The translations under genes were made by a program, and so were the position numbers. Under the pieces are notes generated by a model. It worked only from the letters and a program-made list of their open reading frames with translations, did no database searches and was not told the DNA's origin. A stretch of DNA of 64,000 bases, the filler included, from Sphacelaria rigidula (lineage: Eukaryota): NCBI GenBank assembly GCA_964200075.2. It is 7 parts of 7 records of this genome, joined end to end, with 100 filler letters (N's around TTAATTAATTAA, not from the genome) between each part and the next. Parts side by side here need not be neighbours in the genome. Positions count along the whole stretch, not along the records: positions 9,163 to 18,223 come from CAXNAA020009402.1; positions 18,324 to 27,384 come from CAXNAA020009403.1; 5 more parts are not named here. The stretch is one strand, 5' to 3'. This document shows positions 13,001 to 25,773 of this stretch, one piece after another. Every line of letters starts with the position of its first letter. Positions within the stretch are counted from its first letter, which is position 1.

Positions 13001-13271
13001 CCAACGCTACTACAGACAATCGGGTCTTCGCTTGTCTTCGACGACATACGTCTGGTGTGTACACAACCCCGTGCTAGCTATTACCGCCGCAACTTGAAGT
13101 TGTATTAATCACACCCCGGACACAGTTGTTACAAACCGCAATTTGCTTGAATGAAGTACTCGAGTAAATCAGGTCCCACGGTCCCCTCCGGCGCTATTAG
13201 GCTTAATTATCCAGTATTTCCGGATACAAGCTTCGGCTTTTGCACTTAGCATCTTTTGGCATCACGCTCCT

Positions 13272-16200
13272 TTGCTTGGAGCCCGCAGATCAGACATACT
13301 GCACCTTCCTTCTTTTGTTTTTCAAGCTCAAAGGCTGCGTACGATTATCATGTCGCACAGAAATAACGCTGACTCTTCCCCTCAACTGGGAAACCAACCG
13401 GTTCGCCGGACCCGGAGCCAAACTACTGGCGGTTCGAAATATTTCAAGATGAGCGGCACGCCACCTTCAACACATCGCCGCACGTATGCGAGCGCTGTTC
13501 GCTCTTCGGGATCTGAAGACCAACATTCGAGCGAAGCTCATTCTTCAAGGCTTGGAGACCAGGACATGTTCTCTCACGTTCCGACCCGGACTCAGAGAAT
13601 ATGGTAGTGCAACCGGCCGAGTCATTGGTTCCTGACGCGCATGTGAGTGAGCCCATAATCGTGGATTCCGTTGCACACCCCTCGCTGACCCCTGCTTCCC
13701 CGAATCCCAATGTGGAATCCGGGGTTAGAATTGTGCCCTCAGTCGAGTCGTTGCCCCTGGACACACGTGTCCAGCTCGGCCCTGCCACGGTTGCTTCAAC
13801 CGTGGCACCCCGTCGCTAGACGGCTGACAACTCTCGAGACGATTCTGTCCCGACAAAGCGCATCGCTTCTGGAGCAAGAGACTTTGTCACACAGGCTGCT
13901 TCCGTTACGGACCCCCTTCGCACGACTCTTGATAGTCCCATGCGCCCTACTGCGCAGTCCAATGTCGGACCTGGAGTTGCGGCCATACATGCTGCCATGC
14001 AAACTCTGCATCGCACTTCCTCGGCGTCATCGCCATCGCCAGCCAGCTCTCATCGAGGCATTTACGGATTGTTGCCACGCCACGCTCCAAGACCCGTCGG
14101 CGTCTGCTCACGTGCAATTCAATGGTGATACTGCACCTGCCACGCCCAAACCCGTACGTCTGGCGACCCGTTCGGCGACATCGCGTCCTACGTTCGTCAC
14201 TCATGATAAATTCAGCGAACATGAGTCCAGCCCTTCCTCAACGTCGCAGCAGAGCCATACTCGCGCTTCTGATCAGCGCCGTACACCGAGACTTGGTCAT
14301 GACCATGTCTCCCGTTTTGGCAGTTCTAAGGGCCACTCCCAGCAAAGCTTGAATTCATCGCGCGCTTCCACACGCCCGAAGAATACCGCTCATGGACACA
14401 AATATGGAGGTAGTTCACGCCATAGTTCCAATTCATCCCGCCCTCCTAAGCGCCCGGTGAATACTAATCATGGCCGTTCTCACGAGGATGCCTTGCGGCC
14501 CCGATCAAATTCTTCGCGCGTTAACTCGCGCTTGAACAACTCCGATCATGCACCTTCGCGCACCTCTACTGCTTAGCCTTTGTCACACAACCGTCATTTA
14601 CGCAATGATAACACTGTACATGCTGACGATATCCAAAACATATTTTCGGACATGTCACCGGCTCCGGAATCCTCAATTTCAGGATCCGACCGCACCTCAC
14701 CGCACAAACCGACGACAACGCACTGACCGCGAACCACCGTCCCGTTCCGACGCTGCGCTTATTCGTACTCTGCAACAACGTTTGACAGATCTCGAACGGC
14801 TACTCGCGACAGTAACTATGGACGCCCAACGCACTACCACTACTGCCAGCAAGACCATTCGCACTCCCACAGCTACTGCTGCCGCTAGCGCGACTGCTGC
14901 GCCTACGGCCGCCCCTGCGCCGGCTCAGACAACCGCCGCCGCTCCGCCTGCTATCGACACGGATGCCGATAGCGGCTCCACCACGGCTCCTGTGCGCCCT
15001 TCCTCATCCATGGGGGTTCTCCCTCCGCTTGGCGATGAGCACTGCCCCACCGGCCTGCGGTTACGCCTTTTCACCAACCGGCTACGCGCTGAACAGGAAC
15101 AACTCATCGCTGACTAAAAGTCGCAGGAGCCTGCGCTGACGCAAAACTTCCTCGGATAAAAACGCGATGCCGACGCCGCCGCTGTCCGCCTCCTTCTGGA
15201 GGAGCACGAGAGTACCCTCAAGGACCTCCAGCGGCAGGCCTCTCTAGCTTAATCCACGAGCACGGCTGCTCAACGAGCGCTCGACGAAGGCCGTACGGCG
15301 GCTACGGCGGCTCAAAGACGGGTTCGTCAACTCGAAGATCATGTTCAGCGGACCGCCCAAGCAGCGGCCTCGTCGGCGGCCCGCCTGACTGATCATCAAG
15401 CCGCTCCGCCTTCCACCGACAACTTGCTCAGGCCCCACCTGCCGGCGTCCAATAGAGCGTCGTATGTCATTCCTCGCAAGTCCAACAGGACGTCGCCTGC
15501 TGCGGCCGCTGCCGCCACCACGACGCCTCCGACACTGCCGCGTCACGGATTTAGCTCGGTGCCGCACACAGTTTCTTCGCCAAACTTGCGACTGGTGTCT
15601 CACGAACGAGAATGGTTTTCTCGTCCTTTGTCGACCTATATCGGTCCCTTCGACCGGCGAAACCACCTCCACTGCTCCCCAACTGCCTGGACCTTGATAT
15701 CGCAATGTATTTTTCACACGGTTGGGGTGTATGTCGAACAGAACGGCTTCCTCCCCAAGGCAGGCGTCTCGGTGCTCACCTTGGGCCAACTAGTTTTGCA
15801 GACTACCGTTGGCGATCACCGGGACCACCACACTTACGTTGAAGCGGTCGAGGAACGTTTTGCGGCGCTTCGCGCTGCCTACAAAACTCATCCTGGCGCT
15901 ACCCTCAACGGAGACGAAGATGAAGATGAGTGGACTCCCGCAACATCCAACTGCCGGGGACCGAAGAAAAACCACCAGCGCGACGATGATGATACTGATG
16001 CAGGAAATTCACGCCGCCGCCATGGCGGTGGAAAAAATCTTCTTCAAGCAGTTCCGGACCGAACCGCCCGCCCCGCAAGCCGAAAGGCAAGCACGCTGGA
16101 GGCAACTCTTCCGGCTCATCCGCATCGGCCTGGAACCGGTCCGGTGCAGCTCTTCCCGCCTCGGACTCGGAGACCCCCAGGCAGGTGGTTCCTAAGTTGG

Positions 16201-17571
16201 CTGATGTTTCGGCCCGCATTTTAAGTTTGTCCGATACGGATACACCTGACCGTCCTTTGTCTTCTACTGCAGCCCGCGCTTTAGCAACCGCCGCGGCTGA
16301 CAAAGAACGTTCGGAAGCTAGCAAAACAGCAGCTTCCGATAGAGCTGAGTCTGCCCGAGTAGCTGCAATACAAAGACAGTATATTCAGATGGATGTGAAA
16401 AAGTTCTGGCACATCAAAACCATGACTGCCGCGGATAACGAAGATTCGGGCCAGTTTCCTTCTGCCCTCATCACGTTCATCCGCCGCACTGTTTGTAACA
16501 TCCTTCACTTGGCAGATGTGACTGGCACACAACGTTTCGAAGACTCGGACTGGGTAGAGGGCTGGCAGACTCCCTTGCACAAAGCAATGCATCGATCGAT
16601 CAGCCGCCGCTCTCCCGACCTCACTGCTTCTTTGACGCAGGTGCTCGACGGGTTCCTCGCCGAGATGGATCCGGATCGTTCCCAAGGGAAGACAGGCCCG
16701 CAATTACTCTCTGATTTGGAAAGTCGTCTCATAGGTTACTTTGTCAAAAGTGATCAAGCCAGCGTCATCCAGAGGCTGAGTTCTTTTGTCGTCGCATCTG
16801 ATGTCCCCTTCGCGGATTATCTCCGCGAATTCAAGCTTTTGGTTTCGGGTACGACGGGTGTCGGACGCCAGAATGGACCGAGCGATGCAATGTGTCAGAC
16901 TTACGTTCGCAATAGCGTTGCTCAACAGTATCCGGCTCTGATGCCGTCGTTGTTTCCGGGTGTCTTGGCACATCGCGAAGTGCCTTACGCCTCCGTTGAT
17001 ACTATGTGGTCTGCTTTTGTACACCAGGAGAGTAATCTAACACCTGCCATACGTGGCAAACCTTCAACGTCTGTGCGTTCACAACCTACGGTTGTGTCCT
17101 CCGCTCATGCCCAAGGGACTCGCGGTAGGAATTCGAGTTCGTCTCGCGCTTCATGGACCCTCGGCTCAGCCGCCGGGTCAATAATGCATGTTCAGAGTAC
17201 CAGAAATGCATTCAGCGCGAGTTTTGAAGGTTGGCCGTTTTCCGAGGAAACTTGAGATGATGTTTATTTGACGTCAACAACGGCATTCATAACCGATGAC
17301 CCCCATTTGTGGAACCCACTTCTTTCGTCTTCCGCTAGACGCAATGCCTTCAGTAGTCATGCCAACAGTTGCATCAACTGTAGTGTTCAAGGCCACAGCA
17401 TGCGCGACTGTGACAGTCCATGACTTTGGTCTCATGAACCCTGAATTGCAGGACAATGAACCCGCGTGGCGCCGATGGCAAAAACGCGTGCGCGATTGTC
17501 GTCCACCAACTCGAAATTACCGCAGCAATTCGAACCAACGTGGCAACAAAAGCTCTCATCGCGGTCGCTGA
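13272..17571 (+). pseudogene. Decayed retrotransposon gag-like ORF chain with a CCHC zinc knuckle
   Basis: Series of + strand ORFs broken by frameshifts and stops: a Ser/Pro-rich N-part, a coiled-coil-like part, a capsid-like helical part (16185-17255, ...FADYLREFKLLV...), and CINCSVQGHSMRDC (Cx2Cx4Hx4C) at 17370-17411, followed by an Arg/Asn-rich tail. No pol is seen before the contig ends. Confidence 0.7.
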
Positions 17572-17784
17572 CACAACAGCAATCACGGAAACCCTCGCCA
17601 GAACGATAAAAATTCTCGAGACAACAAACGTTCCGCTGATAGACACCAGCGGACGGGACCGACATAAAGTTCTAATCCCAACAACAGAAACCCTGGTACC
17701 TTCACTTCGGATCGCTTAGATCCATGACGTGCCGATGCTGGCGTTCTGCGGTCTTCCACGCCGTCGATAGCACGATCGAAGACT

Positions 17785-18000
17785 TTCTCAATACAGCCCG
17801 CGGAGTCCGTGTCAAAAATTGCTGACTCGACTGCCCCGGCACTATCCAGGAGCATAACTGACGGCCGTTCATATCGACCCCCGTCTTGAACCTCCACACA
17901 ATTTTCAACACAGCCCACAGAGCCCGCGACTAAGATTGTCCGCCCGGCTCTCTCGGCACTATGCAGGAGTGCATGTGACGGCCGTTCAAATCGACCCCCT
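17785..18000 (+). repeat. Two ~120-bp tandem copies downstream of gag
   Basis: ttctcaatacagccc...ggcactatccaggag...tgacggccgttcatatcgaccccc and ttttcaacacagccc...ggcactatgcaggag...tgacggccgttcaaatcgaccccc. Confidence 0.75.
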
Positions 18001-18704
18001 CCACACACCGCGTAACAGTTGTGTCACACCGCGAGTCAGATCTACACCCTGCACTGAACTTGGTCCTTCAGTATCGAGTATAAGTGTGAGGTGTGGGAAT
18101 ACCAACCGCCAGTCCCTGAGGATCATCGGGCAGTCCGTTTTGATCACCCATACTTACAGTGCTTTCCCCACACTTTCAGCGATGGTGCCCAATTACGTTT
18201 TTGTCGGCCTAATGCCCCTCGATNNNNNNNNNNNNNNNNNNNNNNNNNNNNNNNNNNNNNNNNNNNNTTAATTAATTAANNNNNNNNNNNNNNNNNNNNN
18301 NNNNNNNNNNNNNNNNNNNNNNNTTTCGGTACCAACTCTACCTACGCGTTCCAACAGCTCGGTAAAAAGTACTGCACTTTTGGCCATCTCGTCTTGGAAC
18401 TCTTGCCGTTTCTCTTCCATATCTAGTTGGCGTATGGACATAGGTTCAATCCTGATGCGATCTCCTAATATGACATCATGATCATGCACAAACCCACCTC
18501 TTCCACCACATATATTTGTATGTATTAGTCATGCTGCATTTTTGTCGGGCAAGCATGCGAGGTTGACATACATCATCTTCGCGGGCCGTGTTGCAGGAAG
18601 ATTCACACTACCGCTACATTTTCACCTTAGTGTGGTGCTTTATCAGAATGCCGCATACCACTTACGGTGCACGATGTGCATTCGCTTGCTTCTCGCCCCC
18701 TGAC

Positions 18705-19098
18705 GCCGGGATATATACCCGGGGTATTACCCGTACTCGGATCACAGGTGTATTCTAATTAAAATACCCAAGTAAGGGTGCGGTTTTTCGGGACACCACC
18801 CATACCGTATCTGGAAGTTCTTGAAGTTCTGTGAGCCTCCTATACCCGTACCCGACAGTACTGTGAATCCTGTAAGACTGGAATAACCACAAACGACAGT
18901 TCTATAACTCCTTTGAACCTCCCACACCCGTACCCGGGGCACAGTTATGCCCTCGTAGAAATGCCCGGGTGAGAGTACGGGCATCTGTACAGCACAATAC
19001 TCTACACGACAGGTCCTGTAAGTTTTGTAAGACCTATACTCTACCGAGCATGTTCATACCCTACCGAGCGTATCCGTTCCCCACTGAACAAAACCGTG
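18705..19098 (-). mobile_element. Degenerate copy of the hAT-like non-autonomous family seen at 33569-35432
   Basis: Reverse-complement subterminal motifs (tacccgtacccgacag, gttctgtgag, tatacccggggta) and a TIR-like end gaacaaaaccgtg. Confidence 0.65.
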
Positions 19099-19589
19099 CA
19101 ACATGCGATCGCCGCAAAATCAGATCTATCAACCACGTTGATATTCCCCCGCTATTTTCACGAACTGTTACTGGAGACTTCAGACGATTGCATCCATGCA
19201 CGGAGACAAGATGGTGACTGAGGCTCTCAACAGAATTTGTTTCACTTATTTAGATGTACATGAGCACAAACGTTTGATGATAGATTGCTCTGCTTCGCAA
19301 TCGCGCTTCCTATTTTTTTTTCCTCTTCCTTTGATAGGCTACTCGTTATGTATCGAAAAAAAAATACTTGTTGAAAAGTCCTGTTTTGACCCTTCTCCGT
19401 CGTTTTTGCCCCGAAAAGAGGGCTCAGCGGATGTTGACACCTGAGACCGTTTCAGAGCACCTTTGCGTTTTCCGTAGGTCATCGTGTAATTCGTGAGAAG
19501 ACCGCGTGCTCAGAGGACCGCACCGTAGCTCCAAACACCTCAGTGTTGACGTTTTCCAAAACCAGTTGGACCAGTCCCTGCAGGTACCA

Positions 19590-19636
19590 CGCCCCTGACC
19601 CCAACCCCAACACTAACCCTAACCCTAACCCCAACC
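19590..19636. repeat. Short degenerate interstitial telomere-like (CCCTAA)n tract
   Basis: ccccaaccccaacactaaccctaaccctaaccccaacc. Confidence 0.6.
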
Positions 19637-20330
19637 ATAGGGATGTTCAACTTCCGATGCGGTCCTCTCACGCGTTATTACAGTTTCGTTCTTGGCCATA
19701 AATTAGACAGTACAGTACAGTACAGACTGCTGTACAACTGTGGCGGCCTGTACTGTCCAAATGGTACGTGTTTCGCACAGCATGCGGGCGCGATGTGGAA
19801 AAGAGGCGGGCAACACGACACACAGCAGATTTGACAGACAGCACAGCTTTCTGACTCTCTGCATACAGGAGGATGCGAAGCAGATTTCAACCATGTGCAG
19901 TTTTTCACCGCCTCTACTGTCCATGAGCGTGTTGGCAATTCGATCGCCCACCCCGACATGCAACTCCGTCGGTGGAACCTGCCACAAAATTAGATGCCTA
20001 AGTTTTTGCTAATAAAAAGGAACACATCATGCCAAAACAGTGGTGGTGTCGGTTTCCTATTACTGCTGCAGTGTATATCCCTGTGCTGAGGTATGTGATC
20101 TATGCCGCAGGGTTGGGTAGGTAGCTGCAAATGAACCACTTGGGTTTTGCGTAATTATGTAAAAGGGTAGTATCTGGCAGGGTCGTCTGTCACATGGGTA
20201 CTTCTTCACCTATATAGTACAGTACAGACTGTACAGACTGTACAATAGTAGTGGCGCCCTGTACTACTGTGATGTGTAGTTCTAAAACTAAAAATCACTG
20301 CAGAACTGCCGTGTTGTCTTGTGTTTCACG

Positions 20331-21081
20331 GCGTCCTGACTGATACTATATGTTACAGAGAGACGAACACAACAATACAGCACATCGAACAATCTCAGCG
20401 GAGACCAAACCGTCTTGGCAAGGTCTAAACACACCCCAGAACAGTGATAGCTACAGCACATAAGAGCGGAAGTGAGTGTGTTTGTGTTGCAGTACAGTTG
20501 GACAAGACATGTCCCATGTTTTAGTTCTTCGGCTGATTTCAAACGGGCCCTCAGTGTTTGCAGGGTGCCGATCTTGAACGCTCGGACATGATGGCCCTTC
20601 GCGCAAATAATTTAATTTACTACAAAATTATCCCCACAAACACACTCACTTCCGCTCTCATGTGCTGTAGCTATCACTGTTCTGGGGTGTGTTTAGACCT
20701 TGCGAAGACGGTTTGGTCTCTGCTGAGATTGCTTGATGTGCTGTATTGTTGTGTTCGTCTCTCTGTAACATATAGTATCAGTATAGGGATAATTTTGTAG
20801 TAAATTAAATTATTTGCGCGAAGGGCGATCATGTCCGAGCGTTCAAGATCGGCACCCTGCAAACACTGAGGGCCCGTTTGAAATCAGCCGAAGAACTAAA
20901 ACATGGGACATGTCTTGTATACCTGTACTGCAGCACAAACACACTCACTTCCGCTCTCATGTGCTATAGCTATCCCTGTTCTGGGGTGTGTTTAGACCTT
21001 GCCAAGACGATTTGATCTCTGCTGAGATTGCTTGATGTGCTGTATTATTGTGTTCGCAACATATAGTATCAGTCAGGACGC
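20331..21081. repeat. Nested inverted duplication A-B-A'-B'-A'
   Basis: A=20331-20486, B=20487-20634, A'=20635-20782, B'=20786-20934, A'=20935-21081 (primes denote reverse complements); copies are highly similar. Confidence 0.9.
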
Positions 21082-22018
21082 AGTGCTGTCTACACACTTG
21101 ACTGTTGAAATATTTCATGTTACCCGGACCCATCACTTGCGCGATACCGCACACGGCTGGGTAAAGGCACACAACCAGCACCAGTGTACACCGCTCGACC
21201 GGCTGGGCCAGACCCCATGCTCCAATGAAAGGAGCGACGCACAGCACAGTGCGGATATACTGCACCGCTAGGGTACTGCTTGCACCCGTCAGCANNNNNN
21301 NNNNGCGCTGGCGGCCACGGCAAAATTAATTTTGCAACAAGAGAAGCTGATGATACTGTATACAATCCGTCTTCGGGTTCTAAAACTAAAAAAAACACTG
21401 CAGAACTGCCGTGTTGTCTTGTGTTCAGTGTAGTACTCTGCACTCCATATACCACTGCAGAATTGTCTTGTGTTCAGTGTAGTACCCTGTACTCCATACA
21501 ATGTGGTCATGTTTTGAGCAGCTTTTTTAAACGTTCTTCTTGTTTTTTCAAAAGTATTCCGAAAAAAAGGAGAGTGTTTTCTGTCACAGAAATCTGATGC
21601 CGAATCTGGAATAGCCTGAGACAACAACCAATTTGAAAATTGGAATACCGTTGTTTGGTGAAAACACCCTCGTTATTTCCGCGCACGGAGGATGCTGCAA
21701 AAAAAGCTCAAGTGATCCGTCTTGAACCTCATGGAGACCAGTCCCGGTGTGAGTGACATGCTTGCCAGGATCGATACATACAGTTTTGTACAGCACAATG
21801 AACGACTATCCTGTGACCGCGGCTGGATGATCCCAAGGAGTCCGCTGATTTTTTTTCCCCTCCCCTTGACGGAAGGAGAACAAAAACCAACCCAACACTC
21901 ACCTCGCAAGCGGGTTCGTGTGTCGATTACCCAGAGGCTCGGCTAGGTCGCCTCGCGGCATTCATGTGGGGAAGGCGCCTCGAGCGGTGGCTGAAGGCAG
22001 CGTGGGGGATGCTCCCAC

Positions 22019-22073
<55 letters not shown>

Positions 22074-24273
22074 CCCCCACACACCCCCCCCCGGNNNNNN
22101 NGGGGCGGCGCCCCGCCGCGGCGTGGCGGAATGCGGTGGTGGGGCTCCCCCCCCCTCCCCCCCCCCCCCCCCCCCCCCATCAACTTGGCGCAGTACGCGC
22201 GCCGTCGTAATCTCAAGAGCCTCAGCCCTAGGATCCGCTGTTGTGCGACAGCGGTCCAATCAGTGTAGTAGAATTACACTCCCATGCTTTGCAATTTGGA
22301 ACAATATGCTTTCATACTCCGAGAGGAAAGTGCATGATAACGGTCCTTGCCAGAGGATTGTACAGCACAGTGGTCTGAACCCTGTGATCCCACCTCTTAC
22401 TTCCTGCTCTTGAGAGTGCAGTGCACGGTCCGCTGTTCCCCTTGTTTGACGTGCGCGGTTACGGTGGCTGTGCGGGGTATATCGCCGAGCTGTATGGTGT
22501 GTGCCCGTCTCCACGTATGAAGGCCTCCTTGCCGTGTACACCGTGTGCCGTATTCTCATGCCGCCGTGTACCCTGTTTGTTTTTCACGCATGAAGCAGAG
22601 TGCATGCAGGGCTGTTGAGTGTGGCTTGAAACAGAGAGAGCTTTACCTCCTCATTCCTCTCCTAGATACGATCTTGTGATGAAGGATAAACTGGCTGCGT
22701 CCATTTTCTGCAACTTGAACCTAGAACGCCGGTGGGGAGGGAAGAGCAGTGCGCTAAACAATGCCTGAAACCGCACTCTTGCCCCGCCCCTGAACATGGG
22801 TGCCCCTCCCACCGCCATATCGTCGGCGCAAACTGGCTGCATTCGTTCTCTGCCACTTCGACCTAGGAGGAAGAGCGGTGCCAAACAATGCCTAAAGCCG
22901 TACTCTTGCCCCACCTATGACCATGAGTGTGCCGCAAAATGTGGATGTTTCGCCCACGTTGTTTCCCCCCCCCCCCCACTCCTTTCACGAGCTGTTACCC
23001 GAAACTTCAGACGAGTGCATCCATGCAGGGAGACAGGGTCGTGACTGGGGCTCGATAGAACTTATCAACATCTCTAGAGGTGAATGATCACAAACGCCGT
23101 TCATGCCCGCACTCTTGATTTGGGTCCCGAGCTGAATCGGCATGCGATGTAGCTATGTCCATATGAGTTTGAAGATCATCCTATACTTCGGTCATTCCTC
23201 GATAGATGATGTTTGATGAGATATGGTCACATAGCCGCCACAGTATATGACAGTTTTTCGTGGTTCATATAAGTTCTCATATTCACACGAAAAAAGTTAC
23301 GAATCGCGCCACGACCTCTCATGTACACAAGAACAACGTCACAAATTGCGGTAATCCATCACATCCGTATCTGATATGATCACATCTCATTGTAGGGTGA
23401 CGGAAAATGTCATGCGAACGCTGCCACATAACGGCGAAGACACAAAAATCAACGCAGTGAGTTTTAGATTGGCACTGAAGGCAGAATCCACCTTTTGGAA
23501 GTGTGAAAAAATACCGCAACTCTGCGGTGCTGACGATGAACGTTCAAAGTATAAAATTTGGACATACACGCGGCGTATTTGAAATCAACGTGTCGTAATA
23601 TGGACAACACGTGCGTCGTGTATCATGGTGACCAACGACCGCATGGAGTAAAGGCCTACCTAATACTAAATAGATGATTCTCCCGCACGCGGGGGGGTTT
23701 AAGGCGAAAGCAGAAGGGCATTTCCTACGATTGAACATCTTCGCGAATGCGGGCGTGTCGTTGAACCTTGCATTTAGCTCCGTCAGTCAAGGAAAGTCCG
23801 CGTCGCCGAGAGCGCACCATGCCTGATGTCGGGGGAAACTGCCTGCCTTACTATGACATGGGACCGCCAGCACTTGCTGGGTATCGTCTGTGCTTGAAAA
23901 AAATATGGCGGAATTTTCGAGATTTAAGGAAGGGGCGGCGGCCTTAATGCCGTGGGATGTAAATCATGCGGCAATTTTCCCACCTCACCCGAGAAGAAAC
24001 CCCCCGCTTCCGCCTCTCGACGACCGTGTGCGCGTTGGTTTTAATAACATGACTCGAGCTATTTTTTCAGAGAATCTGATTCATGTTTTTTTTTTAAATA
24101 TCTTTCCAAGTTTCTGCACACGTCTTGAGATTTCCCCCTCTCTCTCAACATGTTAGGCATAGCCTAGCACACGGTTAACTTATTGATAGTGACGTCAGCA
24201 TCGGACCACATGCTCTGTTGACCCCCCCTTCCCCCCCTCGTGTCTGCCTTTCTATCACCCATCTCTTTTGTAG

Positions 24274-25773
24274 GTGAGCCGCAACTTCAGCAACCTCGGA
24301 AACTTCCTCAACACAAGATTCGTTACGAAATACGGCATCGGTTTGACAGCTAGCGGGCCTGGCTTGACATCTGCCTTCGGTAACAGTAACACTCCCTCCC
24401 ACCATCCCTCTGCAAGCTCACCCATACCCAAAACTAAAAAAACGACTAAAGCAGCAGCAGCAGCAGCAGCAGCAGCGACGGCGTCGTCCTCGGTGTTCGG
24501 CAAGGTCGCCAACAACCCCTCCACCGATGGCACCGCCGCCGCCGATACTGCTATCGCTGGACACAGCGGTGGCAGCGGCGGCGGTGGTACCACCGCCGAA
24601 GGGTACACAAGCACCGTCGTCATTGAGAACGGCACTGACGGCACGACCGGCACTATTTCGAAACGCGGAAGTAGGTCGTTCGGTCGACCTTTCTCTCCCC
24701 TGTTCTTGGCGGAGACCTTGAGCGCCGTCTCGCGGTCCGTCTCTCCCGCCACAGGCCGCCAGACTGCCCAGGGAAAAAACACGGCAGGTGCCAAAGAACC
24801 GTCAGTCGCTGGGGGTAAATCAGGCCCTGCCGGAGTTCTAACCCCCGGCGGCAGTGGTGGTGTAGGCAGCTCCCGCAACTTGGGGAGTAGGCTGGCTTCG
24901 GGGACCATGTCTCCGTCTTGGTGGAGGGGTGTGGCGACGGGAACCAGGGCGATTGCAGATGTAGCCGGTAAGATTTTGGTCGTGGCACCACCCTTCCCCA
25001 CCGAGAGGTGCGGCTTGTGGTTCGGGGTGAGGGTTCGGGTTCCTGTTCGTAACTTTCAAGGTTCAACCAGCTACAATCGAAAGACTGGAATATGCAGGGC
25101 GTCCGTTTCGATGAGCATATCCCATGTCATTACTTCGTCCCCCCTAACCCAACCTATTCGCCACCTTCCTCCGCAACCCTCATGCCTTACCCACGATACG
25201 CACATCGTCGTATTGCACCTTCATTTTTTAATATCCTCTCCTGCAGGGGAAGTGGATGACGATAATATTTCCGCCACCACCGACGATGCTGACGATGCCC
25301 GTCCCCGTGGCACTGGTAGTGCGCCGATCACTGTCGGTCCCACCGTCGCCAAAGCCATATCTCGGCGAGAAGCGGCGGCGGCGGCAGACGTGACGACTCC
25401 GTACAATGCCGACTTTTCGCCTACACAGGGAAAACGTTCAGCAGCTTCAGCATCTGCCGCCGGGACATCACTCGCGCTCGACCAAGACGCCAAGCGGTTG
25501 TTATTCGGACCGCAACTTGGCCGTGGCGGTTGCGGTGATGGCGTAGGCGGCGGCGGGAGCGGGAGCGGGGGTGGGATCGGACCCGGTGTTGAAGCAGGGG
25601 TGGGTGGTAGTGGTAGTCACGGGGCGGTCGGGTCAAGCGGGAGATCGCTCAGAACGATTGGTATCCCGTCAACATTAAAACGGCTGACGAACTCCGCGAA
25701 GCGCTCAGCTACAGGCGGTATTCGTGGTAGCCGTGATGGCGTCGAAGGCAAGAAGGGGGACAGACAAGGCTGA
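24274..25773 (+). CDS. Last two exons (24274-24967, 25247-25773) of an unknown Gly/Ser/Ala-rich protein
   Basis: Acceptor ctcttttgtag|GTG, donor G|gtaaga at 24968, acceptor cctctcctgcag|GG at 25246, stop TGA at 25773; phase is consistent. No recognisable domain; upstream exons not identified. Confidence 0.7.
   Translation: MSRNFSNLGNFLNTRFVTKYGIGLTASGPGLTSAFGNSNTPSHHPSASSPIPKTKKTTKAAAAAAAAATASSSVFGKVANNPSTDGTAAADTAIAGHSGGSGGGGTTAEGYTSTVVIENGTDGTTGTISKRGSRSFGRPFSPLFLAETLSAVSRSVSPATGRQTAQGKNTAGAKEPSVAGGKSGPAGVLTPGGSGGVGSSRNLGSRLASGTMSPSWWRGVATGTRAIADVAGKILVVAPPFPTERCGLWFGVRVRVPVRNFQGSTSYNRKTGICRASVSMSISHVITSSPLTQPIRHLPPQPSCLTHDTHIVVLHLHFLISSPAGEVDDDNISATTDDADDARPRGTGSAPITVGPTVAKAISRREAAAAADVTTPYNADFSPTQGKRSAASASAAGTSLALDQDAKRLLFGPQLGRGGCGDGVGGGGSGSGGGIGPGVEAGVGGSGSHGAVGSSGRSLRTIGIPSTLKRLTNSAKRSATGGIRGSRDGVEGKKGDRQG

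Noticed and set aside
19590..19636. True telomere
   Set aside because: Only a few imperfect units in the middle of a contig.
21964..22413. Poly-Pro/poly-Gly ORFs (also 36392-36601)
   Set aside because: They come from C homopolymers next to Ns; low-quality sequence.
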